A stretch of DNA of 64,000 bases, from the IMG/VR virus record IMGVR_UViG_3300037493_002747, positions 1 through 64,000 of that record; one strand, 5' to 3'. The first letter of the stretch is position 1; each line of letters opens with the position of its first letter. The position numbers and the translations under genes are program-made. Under the pieces are notes generated by a model that made no database searches, was not told the DNA's origin, and saw nothing but the letters and a program-made list of their open reading frames with translations. The DNA comes from a virus. Below, piece by piece: positions 1 through 9,667 of the stretch.

Positions 1-8
1 GATGGAAT

Positions 9-716
9 ATGAATAGGATCGACAGGATTGCAGACATGGTTGCTGCTGACGTGGAGGTCAAGTATCCACGAACTCCTCATTTGCCATGGTCTGAGGGAGC
101 ATCCGAAGACGACATTCAACTTATTAACGCGGAAATGTTTGCAGGCAAGAATGTTGTTGTTACGGAGAAGCTGGATGGTGAAAACACCACAATGACATTT
201 GACCGGGTTCATGCCCGCAGTTTGGACAGCAGAGATCATCCTTCTAGGCATTGGGTGAAATCACTGTGGTCTCAGATGTGCTTTGACATTCCAGCAGGGA
301 TGCGGATTGTTGGTGAAAACCTTTATGCCAAGCATTCGATTTCCTACGAACGGTTGCCGTCTTACTTTTTGGTGTTTGCAGTGTTTGATGGTTCGACTTG
401 TCTGTCTTGGACAGAGACGGAGGAATGGTGTAGACTGTTTGGACTGCATCATGTCCCTGTGATTTATACGGGGCCGTGGGAGCGGACGAGGATCATGCAG
501 TGTTATACTGGACAAAGCAAATGTGGGGGATTACAGGAGGGATATGTCGTTAGAGATATGGGAAGATTTTCTTTCGGCCAGTTCTCGTCCAATGTTGCCA
601 AGTTTGTTCGCAAGGGACATGTGCAAACTTCCGAGCATTGGATGATGCAGAAGATTGTTCCTAACGGATTGATTCGGGTCGAGATTCCAGATTTCGTAGA
701 CCTCAAGGAGGCATAG
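9..716 (+). CDS. ATP-dependent RNA ligase family protein
   Basis: Nucleotidyltransferase motif I TEKLDGEN, KYPRTPHLPWS N-terminus, EGYVVR and AKFVR motifs. Confidence 0.85.
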   Translation: MNRIDRIADMVAADVEVKYPRTPHLPWSEGASEDDIQLINAEMFAGKNVVVTEKLDGENTTMTFDRVHARSLDSRDHPSRHWVKSLWSQMCFDIPAGMRIVGENLYAKHSISYERLPSYFLVFAVFDGSTCLSWTETEEWCRLFGLHHVPVIYTGPWERTRIMQCYTGQSKCGGLQEGYVVRDMGRFSFGQFSSNVAKFVRKGHVQTSEHWMMQKIVPNGLIRVEIPDFVDLKEA

Positions 717-717
717 A

Positions 718-1503
718 ATGTTGATAGTCATGGCAGTATGGAATACGGTTGAGAACAAACGCACGGAGATGACCCGGAAAACATTGGAGTCTCTAGCAAA
801 ACAAGTCAATATGGTAAAACATAGGGTCATTGTCTCTGATAATGGTTCATGTGATGAAACCCAAAAGCTCTATGAGGAAATGGGCGAGTTGATGCCTCTC
901 ACTGTTATCAAGAACCGAGAGAACCTAGGGACGGCAAGGGCGATCAATATCGGATGGAGTTTCAGAAATCCAGGAGAACACGCAGTTAAGATGGATAATG
1001 ACTGCGTGGTGAATTACTCCAATTGGGCGGATGACATGGAGGAAGCATTCAAGTGTGATCCTTCTATCGGAATTTGCGGATTGAAGCGGAAGGACTTGGA
1101 AGAGCGTCCTGACCATACAGTTGAGCATTATCGTTCCACATTGAGGATGTTGCCTCATCAACCAGGACAGAGGTGGATTGTTGTAGAAGAGGTAAGCCAC
1201 GTTCTTGGGACATGTCAGGCATTCAGTTCGGCTCTGTTGGACAAGATCGGTTATCTATATCAGGGAGATTGGAAATACGGTTTCGATGATAGTCTGGCGA
1301 GTCTGCGGGCGCATGTGGCAGGGTTCAAGACTGTGTTTTTGCCAAACATTGATATGGATCATATTGATCCTGGTGGTGATGCATATGCGAAGCAGAAACA
1401 AGACGATGCAGGTCTTGTCATTCAGAGGTATGGGGAAATCGTATTGGAATATAGGATGGGGAAAAGACCGGTATTCTTTGATGGCGGACAAGACATCAAC
1501 TGA
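718..1503 (+). CDS. GT2-family glycosyltransferase
   Basis: VSDNGS, NLGTARAIN, KMDND (DxD-like), YGFDD motifs. Confidence 0.8.
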   Translation: MLIVMAVWNTVENKRTEMTRKTLESLAKQVNMVKHRVIVSDNGSCDETQKLYEEMGELMPLTVIKNRENLGTARAINIGWSFRNPGEHAVKMDNDCVVNYSNWADDMEEAFKCDPSIGICGLKRKDLEERPDHTVEHYRSTLRMLPHQPGQRWIVVEEVSHVLGTCQAFSSALLDKIGYLYQGDWKYGFDDSLASLRAHVAGFKTVFLPNIDMDHIDPGGDAYAKQKQDDAGLVIQRYGEIVLEYRMGKRPVFFDGGQDIN

Positions 1504-2201
1504 TGGAGAAGCATATGAGGATCAACTTTGGCGTAGATTACTACAACGACAAGCATCCTGAGAGACAACGAGAGCTAGAGCATTGTTTGGCTAAAAACAT
1601 CGAGAACTCACACATAGATCATATCTACATGTTTTTGCAGCCTAATTGCGTGGCTCCCGAATTTTCTAAAGTGGACAAGGTCACTATTCTGCAACAGACT
1701 GAGCAGATAACGTATGCCGGTTTTTTCAGGCACACGCAGCAGTTTCCTGATGACATCAACATTGTAGCGAATGCGGATATTTATTTTGATGAGACAGTCA
1801 TACATGCCTTGACTATAAAGAAAGAAGAGGCTTGGGCGATATCAAGGTACAATTTGGACTCCAACAATGTTCCATTTTTACAAGGAAGTGTTGTGGGAGA
1901 ATATCCTACACAGGCTGCGCATGTGTCGCAGGATGTATGGGTCTTCAAGGGTGCGGTGGACCCTGTTGAAGGCAGTGAGATGCATATGGGGACAGGAGGG
2001 TGTGATAATCGGATTGCCTATTTATTGGTAATGGCAGGTTATCAGGTTACAAATCCGTGTGGAAAATTGCGGGCGTATCATTACCACATGACGAATATCC
2101 GTTATTGGACAACCGGTGGCATGCATCCATATCCTCATTTTTTTCCAAGACCAGATGTTGAATGGGATACGAATAACATAGTTAGTTTTCAGAGTCCGTA
2201 A
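1503..2201 (+). CDS. putative GT-A fold glycosyltransferase-like protein
   Basis: IVANADIYFD, SQDVWVF, GCDNRIA motifs; overlaps the upstream stop codon. Confidence 0.5.
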   Translation: MEKHMRINFGVDYYNDKHPERQRELEHCLAKNIENSHIDHIYMFLQPNCVAPEFSKVDKVTILQQTEQITYAGFFRHTQQFPDDINIVANADIYFDETVIHALTIKKEEAWAISRYNLDSNNVPFLQGSVVGEYPTQAAHVSQDVWVFKGAVDPVEGSEMHMGTGGCDNRIAYLLVMAGYQVTNPCGKLRAYHYHMTNIRYWTTGGMHPYPHFFPRPDVEWDTNNIVSFQSP

Positions 2202-2221
2202 CAGAAAGAGGGGGTATAACG

Positions 2222-2920
2222 ATGGGAACGAGATTTATTGACAAAATGGACCTAGTGGACGAGTTCGCGAAGATACACGCGACAGGGGATATTCAGAACG
2301 AGGAGTTCATGGTGGACTTTGCTATGAATCGTATTGGGATATTCTTGGAGTTCGCCAAGTTGAATGACAAGATGAAGAAGGTGAACAGTCCCAACACGGG
2401 TGGCATGAATTGCGTCCAGTACCCAGAAGAGATGGCCAAGTTCCTGATGTTTATCTACAACAACAGGCACAGGATAAACAGCTACTGTGAGATTGGGATT
2501 TTCCACTGTGGAATGATTATGACGATTGATAGTTTGCTGAGAGCCACAAACCCCAACTTCAAGGGAAGCATCGGGGTTGACACGTATATTAGTGGCAGTT
2601 TCTTACAGTACATTCAGAAGTACAAAACAACACGGGCCATGGGTGTATCATCACAAAACTTGAAACTCGATGCGCCTGTTGACATGTGTTTCATAGATGC
2701 TGACCATTCCTACGAATCAGCCAAGCATGATTATGAACTGGCGTGTACGTTTACGAAGGAATTCATCGCGATACACGACATTCATACAAAATCTTTCGGT
2801 CACCAAGGTTATCGACACTGGGATGAATTGAGGGTGAAGAAGATTGAGATATTGAACACAGACTTGGAGAATTTCCCTGACCCAATGGGCATCGGGATAA
2901 TTGACAGGCGAGACGAGTGA
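2222..2920 (+). CDS. class I SAM-dependent methyltransferase (Methyltransf_24-like)
   Basis: YCEIG, FIDADHSYE, IAIHD motifs. Confidence 0.7.
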   Translation: MGTRFIDKMDLVDEFAKIHATGDIQNEEFMVDFAMNRIGIFLEFAKLNDKMKKVNSPNTGGMNCVQYPEEMAKFLMFIYNNRHRINSYCEIGIFHCGMIMTIDSLLRATNPNFKGSIGVDTYISGSFLQYIQKYKTTRAMGVSSQNLKLDAPVDMCFIDADHSYESAKHDYELACTFTKEFIAIHDIHTKSFGHQGYRHWDELRVKKIEILNTDLENFPDPMGIGIIDRRDE

Positions 2921-2978
2921 GTGGACACATGAACAAGGTTCTAACTGCTTATGAAAATCCAACAAAATCAAAAATATA

Positions 2979-3007
2979 TTGACAAAACCTAACCGATAGA
3001 TTATACT
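2979..3007 (+). promoter_or_regulatory. sigma70-type promoter, probably giving a leaderless mRNA
   Basis: TTGACA-17 nt-TATACT; ATG 7 nt after the -10 box; no SD. Confidence 0.7.
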
Positions 3008-3013
3008 GGAAAT

Positions 3014-3775
3014 ATGATAAATCAAGTTATAAAAGGCGACTGCCTAATAGAAATGCCAAAAATACCCGATAAGAGTATTGATATGATTTTATGCGACTTA
3101 CCTTATGGGACGACTGCCTGTAAATGGGACACCATTATCCCATTTGAGCCACTTTGGAAACAATACAAACGAATTATTAAAGATAACGGGGCGATAGTCC
3201 TAACTGCTTCACAACCATTTACCAGTGTTTTAGTGTGTAGCAATCTTGATATGTTTAAGTATTCGTGGATTTACAAAAAGAGATGTGCCTCAAACTTTGC
3301 TCAAGCAAAATATGCACCAATGAAAGAACACGAAGATGTTTTGGTTTTTGCTAAAGGGAGGGTAAATTACCACCCAATAAAAGAGCAACGACAAGGAAGT
3401 GGTAGTGAGAGAGTTAAACATCTATTTAGCGAGGTCACCAGACATAAAAGTGGAGAGTTTGTTGGTGCTATGAGTGGGGAGTATAACGATAAAGCAGACG
3501 AGCTGAGATACCCAAGTTCTGTTCAAGAGTTTAATAATCGGGCAAAAGGGGATAGAGGTTTCCACCCCACCCAAAAACCAGTAGCCCTCTTTGAGTACCT
3601 CATAAAGACCTACACCAACGAAGGAGATTTAGTTTTAGATAACTGTGCGGGAAGTGGCACAACTGGAGTAGCCTGTAAGAACCTAAACAGAAACTACATC
3701 TTAATTGAAAAAGAGCCAGAATATGTGGAGATTATAAATAAAAGATTAAATGAGACACCCGATAAATTACTATGA
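3014..3775 (+). CDS. N6-adenine/N4-cytosine DNA methyltransferase (beta class)
   Basis: DMILCDLPYG, HPTQKP, VLDNCAGSGTTG motifs. Confidence 0.9.
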   Translation: MINQVIKGDCLIEMPKIPDKSIDMILCDLPYGTTACKWDTIIPFEPLWKQYKRIIKDNGAIVLTASQPFTSVLVCSNLDMFKYSWIYKKRCASNFAQAKYAPMKEHEDVLVFAKGRVNYHPIKEQRQGSGSERVKHLFSEVTRHKSGEFVGAMSGEYNDKADELRYPSSVQEFNNRAKGDRGFHPTQKPVALFEYLIKTYTNEGDLVLDNCAGSGTTGVACKNLNRNYILIEKEPEYVEIINKRLNETPDKLL

Positions 3776-4509
3776 ACCAGTCGAATCTAATGGAATTTGA
3801 AAAGGAGGATTGGATTCATGATCTTCCTGAAAAGGGGGTTCACATATATTCACAGGTATGTCAAGATGGGCGTCTCGACTATATTTTTGAAAATGTGGGA
3901 ACCACCAACAAGATTTGTGTAGAATTTGGTTTCAACACAGATGTATTGACGGGTGGTTCCGGGGCCAATACTGCCAACCTAATACTCAACAAAGGATGGA
4001 CGGGGGTATTGTTTGACAGAGATTTTGAAAACCACTCTATCAATCTTTACAAAGAAACACTTACATGTGAAAACATAAGTGAGGTGTTCAAGAGATACGC
4101 CATACCACCCATCTTTGATTACTTATCCATCGACGTTGACAGTATCGATTTGTGGCTGATGAAAGCCGTGTTAAGTGGTGGCTTTAGGCCGAGAGTTATG
4201 ACGGTCGAATACAATTCCGGCTTTGATATAGGCACAAGCTTAACACTCAAAAAGCAAGGGTCGTTGGTTGGTGGTGCGGGGTATGGAGCATCATTACTGG
4301 CATTGGTAAGGGCTGCCGCAGAGTTCAATTATTCTCTGGTCTGTGTTGAAAGCGGACTAGACCTATTTTTTGTAGACAATGCGTTGCTGGCGGATTGCAA
4401 CATTCCAGACATATCCTCCTTTGAGAGCCACACAAAGATATGTTACCACGGGGGATTCACTCAAGAGATTTTGGCAGAATTTGTGGAGTATCCAGTGGTA
4501 GACGAGTGA
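3772..4509 (+). CDS. FkbM-like methyltransferase
   Basis: CVEFG, LSIDVDSID, RPRVMTVEYN, YGASL motifs. Confidence 0.65.
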   Translation: MNQSNLMEFEKEDWIHDLPEKGVHIYSQVCQDGRLDYIFENVGTTNKICVEFGFNTDVLTGGSGANTANLILNKGWTGVLFDRDFENHSINLYKETLTCENISEVFKRYAIPPIFDYLSIDVDSIDLWLMKAVLSGGFRPRVMTVEYNSGFDIGTSLTLKKQGSLVGGAGYGASLLALVRAAAEFNYSLVCVESGLDLFFVDNALLADCNIPDISSFESHTKICYHGGFTQEILAEFVEYPVVDE

Positions 4510-4515
4510 TTCTAG

Positions 4516-4544
4516 CCGTATTTTAGCTCACCTCCGGCAATGTA
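4516..4544 (+). promoter_or_regulatory. CCGTATT-N14-GCAATGTA motif, copy 1
   Basis: Exact bipartite motif repeated 9 times upstream of genes or RNAs. Confidence 0.8.
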
Positions 4545-4565
4545 CTATTACAAGGAGATTGAGCT

Positions 4566-5063
4566 ATGAATACGGAAAACTATAAGGGTCGGGTTGTTGA
4601 GACGGGGACTCATGAGTATCGGATGAGCGACTACAGCGAGTTCGGTCGGTATGCCATCATTCTCTTGAACGATGGTACTTACTTCCGGGTTCAAGGTTAT
4701 GACCTCAAGGTCGAGGTAGATGCCTCTCCTGAGCAGGTTCAGGCGTACAAAGACCATGTTGCGGCTGCAAAGGCTGCTTCTATGGCCAAGATTGCAGCCG
4801 ACAGGGCTGAACTTGAGGCCAAAACTCCCAGAATTGGCAAGCTGGTTCGTGTCGTCAAGGGGCGCAAGGTGGCCATCGGCACGGAAGGTATCCTCTTCTG
4901 GATGAAGGAAATGACCTTCACTCCCCGGTTTCGGAATGGTTACAAGAAGGGTCCGGATACAGTCAAGATCGGGATTGCCTTGGATGATGCCAAGGATGCC
5001 CGTGGCCGGTTCGTCAACGTGGCGTGGAGCTACATCCAGAACATTGAGGTTGTGGCGGCATGA
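4566..5063 (+). CDS. hypothetical protein (KOW/SH3-like segment)
   Basis: SD AAGGAG; GKLVRVVKGRK. Confidence 0.7.
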   Translation: MNTENYKGRVVETGTHEYRMSDYSEFGRYAIILLNDGTYFRVQGYDLKVEVDASPEQVQAYKDHVAAAKAASMAKIAADRAELEAKTPRIGKLVRVVKGRKVAIGTEGILFWMKEMTFTPRFRNGYKKGPDTVKIGIALDDAKDARGRFVNVAWSYIQNIEVVAA

Positions 5064-5278
5064 AGTGGGTTGGGAATACACTTGTTCTATCTGATGGTAG
5101 CCTATTCACAGTCAACGAAGGCAATCTGGAACTTCGGGGGCAAGGCTGGGAGAGGCGGCGGAAGAAGGGTGATACCGAGAACACTGATTTGGCACGAATC
5201 TGTAGGTTTGAAGACGACGGCATGGCACGGAAAATCGCAGAAATGTTGGGGGAAATGGTAGAGGACACCGTATTCTGA
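5060..5278 (+). CDS. hypothetical protein
   Basis: ATGA overlap with the upstream gene; SD GAGG. Confidence 0.55.
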   Translation: MKWVGNTLVLSDGSLFTVNEGNLELRGQGWERRRKKGDTENTDLARICRFEDDGMARKIAEMLGEMVEDTVF

Positions 5279-5296
5279 CGGACTTCCGGCAATGTA
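5268..5296 (+). promoter_or_regulatory. CCGTATT-N14-GCAATGTA motif, copy 2
   Basis: Exact motif. Confidence 0.8.
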
Positions 5297-5850
5297 TGAG
5301 TATGAAAGTCACAGACATCAATCGTTATTACAGGAGTCCCAATACCACAACAGTGACTTGGGCATATCTCGAAAACACACTAGCTAGTTACGCCGATACA
5401 TGCGGTCTTCCTGGATGTCTTGGTCTGAATCTTGACCCAGACTTTCAGCGGGGACACGTTTGGTCTGAAGACAAGCAGATCGCATTTGTCGAGTTTTGCC
5501 TTCGTGAAGGGCAATACTCTCGTACCATTTTGTTCAATCACCCCGGATGGAATGATGACTATGCAGGGGAGATGGTCCTAGTGGACGGGAAACAACGGCT
5601 GGAGGCAGTCCGGAAGTTCATGCGGAACGAATTGCCCATCTTCGGTGGGAATCGGTTGAATGACTTCGATAATCCAAAGAGACTTTTGCGTACGAATGGG
5701 GCACATTTATTGTTCGGCATCAATACCTTGCAGACTCGCCGGGAGATTTTGGAGTGGTACTTGCAGATCAACACTGGTGGTGTTGTCCATACGGCTGAAG
5801 AGATTGCCAAGGTTGAGAGAATGCTTATCTCTGAGAATGGAGTTCAATGA
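5296..5850 (+). CDS. DUF262 (ParB/Srx-like) domain protein
   Basis: PDFQRGHVW and VDGKQRL motifs. Confidence 0.8.
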   Translation: MSMKVTDINRYYRSPNTTTVTWAYLENTLASYADTCGLPGCLGLNLDPDFQRGHVWSEDKQIAFVEFCLREGQYSRTILFNHPGWNDDYAGEMVLVDGKQRLEAVRKFMRNELPIFGGNRLNDFDNPKRLLRTNGAHLLFGINTLQTRREILEWYLQINTGGVVHTAEEIAKVERMLISENGVQ

Positions 5851-6581
5851 AGACGTTACTGTCTGTCGATTGGGACTACTTTGTGCCTGAGCTACAGGAA
5901 TACGATCTTACACATTCTGAGTCACTGATCTTCTTGGACATGATATGGCGTAGTAGGAGTGGTCTACTGGATCACATCAAGACGACTGGGACAGAGGAAG
6001 GCTTCTGGGATCGTCTGGGAGGCTCTATGGACGGGGTAGGGCCAACATACGTTTCTGACTCCCACATGTACGCCTACCGCCTCCTGAGTGTCGTGGATCA
6101 CGTTGTATTGGTAGATGCTCACCATGACTGCTGGAAAGATGGTCGTAAGGACCATGTTTACTGTCACAACTGGTTGAGGGTGTGGTTAGCTGGTGGTAAG
6201 CATCGCAGGGTTACTTGGGTTCAGCCGGAATGGTCGAAAGGGATATTCGAGGTACCCAAGGACTTGCGGAAGCGGGTCATCATCGAAAGCGAGATCAAGG
6301 GCAAGATTGACATGGTTCATGTTTGCCGGAGTGGCTGTTGGACGCCTCCATGGTTGGACAAACAGTTCATTCAATTCGTTGATTCGCGCAAGTCGTTGAA
6401 GATCAACATGCAGGGCGAATTGCCATGGAATCCTATGGCGGAGCGATGGACTGAGGAGGATTTGAAGGAGTTGCGGGATCGTGAGGATCGGATTCAGGAT
6501 GCCATTAGGGGGATCAAGACAGGGGTTATGTCGAGTTCCTCATTTTTGGAAGCTAGGGTGGAATTGGCGGCTTCGGCATGA
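5847..6581 (+). CDS. arginase/UPF0489-like metal-binding protein
   Basis: LSVDWDYF, DSH, VDAHHD, CRSGCWTP motifs. Confidence 0.55.
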   Translation: MKTLLSVDWDYFVPELQEYDLTHSESLIFLDMIWRSRSGLLDHIKTTGTEEGFWDRLGGSMDGVGPTYVSDSHMYAYRLLSVVDHVVLVDAHHDCWKDGRKDHVYCHNWLRVWLAGGKHRRVTWVQPEWSKGIFEVPKDLRKRVIIESEIKGKIDMVHVCRSGCWTPPWLDKQFIQFVDSRKSLKINMQGELPWNPMAERWTEEDLKELRDREDRIQDAIRGIKTGVMSSSSFLEARVELAASA

Positions 6582-6583
6582 AA

Positions 6584-6751
6584 ATGAGGAAAAGGCGTTG
6601 TCGTTGGAGGGCCATTACTAGGGAGTGGAATCATCTGGAAGAACGCATGGGATTCTATTGCAGAAATGAAAGATGTCGTTGTTATCCAGGTCTATGTATT
6701 GAGGATTGGAGGGTGAAGAAGGTATTTTGCGAGCATTATTGCTCTGTGTGA
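6584..6751 (+). CDS. small Cys-rich hypothetical protein (55 aa, not in ORF track)
   Basis: Fills the intergenic gap; hand translation. Confidence 0.35.
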   Translation: MRKRRCRWRAITREWNHLEERMGFYCRNERCRCYPGLCIEDWRVKKVFCEHYCSV

Positions 6752-6757
6752 TTTCAT

Positions 6758-6786
6758 CCGTATTCTGACTGACTTTTGGCAATGTA
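6758..6786 (+). promoter_or_regulatory. CCGTATT-N14-GCAATGTA motif, copy 3
   Basis: Exact motif. Confidence 0.8.
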
Positions 6787-6807
6787 TTGGTGTGAAGGGG
6801 AAGCATT

Positions 6808-7158
6808 ATGAGAATTTCTAGTTTGGATGATAATCTCGTGGCAGCCGATGAGAAAATCGGAGCAGCCAGACAAGCTCTCGACCAGGCTCGCAGGGAGTTG
6901 AAGAGAGAGCGGATACCCGCCGATCATCCCTTGATCCTAGCCTATAACAAGGCATCTCAAGAGTATAATGAAGCTGTGCTGGCATGGAGTGCTGGGAGAG
7001 AAGCGATTGGTTGGCAGGTCAAGGCGGATCACCCGATTCTGGCAAGACCAGATAGGGCTTTCAGAGGAGATGATGCAGAGGCATCGGCAAGGCTTTTTGC
7101 GAAAGACCTTGAAGGTATGGGATTCGACAATATCACGGTGACTCCGATAAAGGCGTAA
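6808..7158 (+). CDS. hypothetical protein
   Basis: SD-like AAGGGG; follows the motif. Confidence 0.65.
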   Translation: MRISSLDDNLVAADEKIGAARQALDQARRELKRERIPADHPLILAYNKASQEYNEAVLAWSAGREAIGWQVKADHPILARPDRAFRGDDAEASARLFAKDLEGMGFDNITVTPIKA

Positions 7159-7182
7159 TCATGGGAAGGACAAGGTGGGAAT

Positions 7183-7488
7183 ATGTCGTTTACGGGATAT
7201 GAGTGGGCCAAATCGGAAGTGCCAGAACATCTTGAAGGACTGCGTGCTGCGTTTCAAGATGGTTCCTGTTACATAGGCGATATTGACGAGGAAGAATACG
7301 CAAGAATAGCCTTCCAACTTCTCAAAATTTCCACTGGGGAAAAGGACTCATTGAAAGAAGTTGCCGAGTATATTCAGAAACAACACCAAGCTTTGAAACA
7401 GGCAAAAGAGCAACACATTGTCTTTGCAAAAGCTGTCTCTTCGTGGCTTTACTGGGCGAAAAACTGGACTGTACGAAAGCCTAGCTAA
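7183..7488 (+). CDS. hypothetical protein
   Basis: Compact packing; SD AAGGTG. Confidence 0.6.
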   Translation: MSFTGYEWAKSEVPEHLEGLRAAFQDGSCYIGDIDEEEYARIAFQLLKISTGEKDSLKEVAEYIQKQHQALKQAKEQHIVFAKAVSSWLYWAKNWTVRKPS

Positions 7489-7491
7489 GAC

Positions 7492-7746
7492 ATGATTACA
7501 AATCGTCTGAATAGGAGAGGTGAGGTAGTTGTAAGGTTATTCGACGGGGAAACAACGATAAAGCCTGGCGATGTCGTTACTGTCGCAAGATTCTGCTGTG
7601 ATAGTCTGGTGGGCAACCGGGGTACAGTGTGGGGCTGGCGGAATACTGCCACTGGGATAAAGATCATCGTTGATTATGGCAAGAATGCAGGTGGACAACG
7701 GCTGTTGAAACCGTATCCGTCTAATGTTCTGCGTCTGGGAAACTGA
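7492..7746 (+). CDS. hypothetical protein
   Basis: Compact packing. Confidence 0.5.
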   Translation: MITNRLNRRGEVVVRLFDGETTIKPGDVVTVARFCCDSLVGNRGTVWGWRNTATGIKIIVDYGKNAGGQRLLKPYPSNVLRLGN

Positions 7747-7752
7747 TTCCAT

Positions 7753-7781
7753 CCGTATTTTGACCGATTTCTGGCAATGTA
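7753..7781 (+). promoter_or_regulatory. CCGTATT-N14-GCAATGTA motif, copy 4
   Basis: Exact motif. Confidence 0.8.
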
Positions 7782-7799
7782 TTGATGGAGGATAAAACG

Positions 7800-8135
7800 A
7801 TGAAGGTGAAGTTTCTTACGAGTGTGGATCGGTCGAAACTCCCGGCTCTTTATGCCACGGAGAATATTCCAGAGTCTGACAAGGTCGTTCAGGTCAAGTT
7901 TTTCAATCCGTATGGTGCGGCAACTTGGTTGGCGATGGAGTTTGACGGAAATGACACGTTCTTTGGGGCGGTCAACCTGTTCGGCGGCAAGGATGACTGG
8001 GAATTGGGTTATTTCAGTCTGGCTGAGTTGATGTCGGTCAAGGCTCGGATTGGTGGGCGGCAATATCCCTTTCAGGGGATTGAGAGGGATCGGTCTTTCA
8101 AGCCGATGAAGTACAGTGAGGCGAAGGCAGCATGA
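7800..8135 (+). CDS. DUF2958 domain protein
   Basis: KFFNPYGAATW and ELGYFSLAEL...IERD motifs; SD GGAGG. Confidence 0.8.
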   Translation: MKVKFLTSVDRSKLPALYATENIPESDKVVQVKFFNPYGAATWLAMEFDGNDTFFGAVNLFGGKDDWELGYFSLAELMSVKARIGGRQYPFQGIERDRSFKPMKYSEAKAA

Positions 8136-8350
8136 AATATGCAGTACAGAGAGAAGACGGCACCTTACTTGAAATCTGTGGCAAGAAAGTAGGGTTCAAT
8201 ACCAAGGAAGAGGCGGTCGAGTGGTTTCGTGAACATTGCCGTCTTCTTGGCGGTCTCGACTGGAGTGTCGGGTTTTACTTCAAGGCCAGGGGAGATCAGA
8301 GTCCATTGAGGATTGTGTGGTCTCGGAGTCTCAAAGAACTGAAGTGGTAG
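8132..8350 (+). CDS. hypothetical protein
   Basis: ATGA overlap. Confidence 0.55.
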   Translation: MKYAVQREDGTLLEICGKKVGFNTKEEAVEWFREHCRLLGGLDWSVGFYFKARGDQSPLRIVWSRSLKELKW

Positions 8351-8353
8351 GCA

Positions 8354-8590
8354 ATGAAACTTCGAGACAAGGTACCGGAATGCTTCATGCTTGAGTTTTC
8401 GGACACTCGGGCGGCGAAGTTCTTGGATGTCGAGGTGGTTAAGGAACATTCACCGGATGAGGATAATGTTCGATGGCCTGGTTCGCATCATCATGTTCAC
8501 ATTTGGTGGGAGATGGCGAATGGGTACGGGGTAGCCTGGAACGAGAATCCGGCTCGTGGATATTCATTTCCTGTCGTCAAAATCGTCTAG
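8354..8590 (+). CDS. hypothetical protein
   Basis: Compact packing. Confidence 0.6.
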   Translation: MKLRDKVPECFMLEFSDTRAAKFLDVEVVKEHSPDEDNVRWPGSHHHVHIWWEMANGYGVAWNENPARGYSFPVVKIV

Positions 8591-8595
8591 TTGAA

Positions 8596-8624
8596 CCGTA
8601 TTGTGACTGACTTTCTGCAATGTA
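8596..8624 (+). promoter_or_regulatory. CCGTATT-N14-GCAATGTA motif, copy 5
   Basis: Exact motif. Confidence 0.8.
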
Positions 8625-8639
8625 GTGGTGGAGGACAAT

Positions 8640-9047
8640 ATGAGCAATGTTAAAGCTATTCGTATTCAGGGGGAGTTGAACACACTGGCGTTGATGTCTG
8701 CTCCGGAATCTACCGACCCTAATTTGGAAGGGTTTAGTTTTGGAGCCAGCGACTTGATTCGGGGACATAACATTCCTGGGGACAAGGTCAATCTTGCGAT
8801 TGAAGCAGCCAAACGTATCAACAAGTTATTGGCGACCACTACGTTCCCGCACAGTGGATTGAAAGTGTATTTCGACAAAGTCCAGTGTCGGGTAGAGAAG
8901 AATGGATACAACGGTCAGATCAACTATTTTCGGTATACTATCGAGGGGCGAGAGGCTGTTTCCTTTAGGTGGTTCGATGAGTTGGTTGCGGCACTTGAAA
9001 TTTTCGGCAAGGTGACTCTTCGGGCTTGCCGGGATATGGATGCATAA
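8640..9047 (+). CDS. hypothetical protein
   Basis: SD GGAGG. Confidence 0.65.
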   Translation: MSNVKAIRIQGELNTLALMSAPESTDPNLEGFSFGASDLIRGHNIPGDKVNLAIEAAKRINKLLATTTFPHSGLKVYFDKVQCRVEKNGYNGQINYFRYTIEGREAVSFRWFDELVAALEIFGKVTLRACRDMDA

Positions 9048-9049
9048 AT

Positions 9050-9244
9050 ATGAAAGTAATTTGTCCAGTATTTGTAGTCGGCAAATGTCCTGTTGAAGCT
9101 TGTGATCACTCCATAGATCATGACCATTCTATTCACTGTACAGGAAACGAGCGTAACGGATTGTGTAAGAATTGTATTCCTACAGAGGAGATGCAAACTG
9201 GAAAGACGGAATCAGAAACCGGAGAAACGGTGGTAATGGAGTAG
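9050..9244 (+). CDS. small Cys/His-rich protein
   Basis: Compact packing; several Cys/His. Confidence 0.45.
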   Translation: MKVICPVFVVGKCPVEACDHSIDHDHSIHCTGNERNGLCKNCIPTEEMQTGKTESETGETVVME

Positions 9245-9245
9245 T

Positions 9246-9437
9246 ATGAGAAAGATGGTGAAATGCGGGTTGGACTTTATTCGGGACAAGAACTGGAATC
9301 CCGTGGTTCGTGATCGTGCCGGGGCGGCTGCGGTTGGTCGTAGGACCATGTCAGAAGACCTGAAGGCTCTAGGGTTTAGTGTGGCGATATTTGAAGCAGC
9401 GGATTACTACCGCGTGAGTTACGGGAGGAAGGCATGA
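9246..9437 (+). CDS. hypothetical protein
   Basis: SD GGAG. Confidence 0.55.
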   Translation: MRKMVKCGLDFIRDKNWNPVVRDRAGAAAVGRRTMSEDLKALGFSVAIFEAADYYRVSYGRKA

Positions 9438-9667
9438 GTGCCAAGTGGGAAGAGAATCATGCTCTTTTGAGGGGGAACTGGGTTAAATCTGACGGTTATA
9501 CTATGCCTGCATACGGCAGGGAAGCAACCAACGGGAAGGCTCAAACTATCATTCAGTTGCCGAATAAGTTGGGCTGGCGTTTGTTTGTGATGGGGAACGA
9601 GGTATTCTTGCACAAGAGTTTGTTTCAAGTGCTTCGACGGGCGAATGAAGAAGGAGTGACGGTATGA
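9434..9667 (+). CDS. hypothetical protein
   Basis: ATGA overlap; SD GGAGG. Confidence 0.6.
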   Translation: MSAKWEENHALLRGNWVKSDGYTMPAYGREATNGKAQTIIQLPNKLGWRLFVMGNEVFLHKSLFQVLRRANEEGVTV

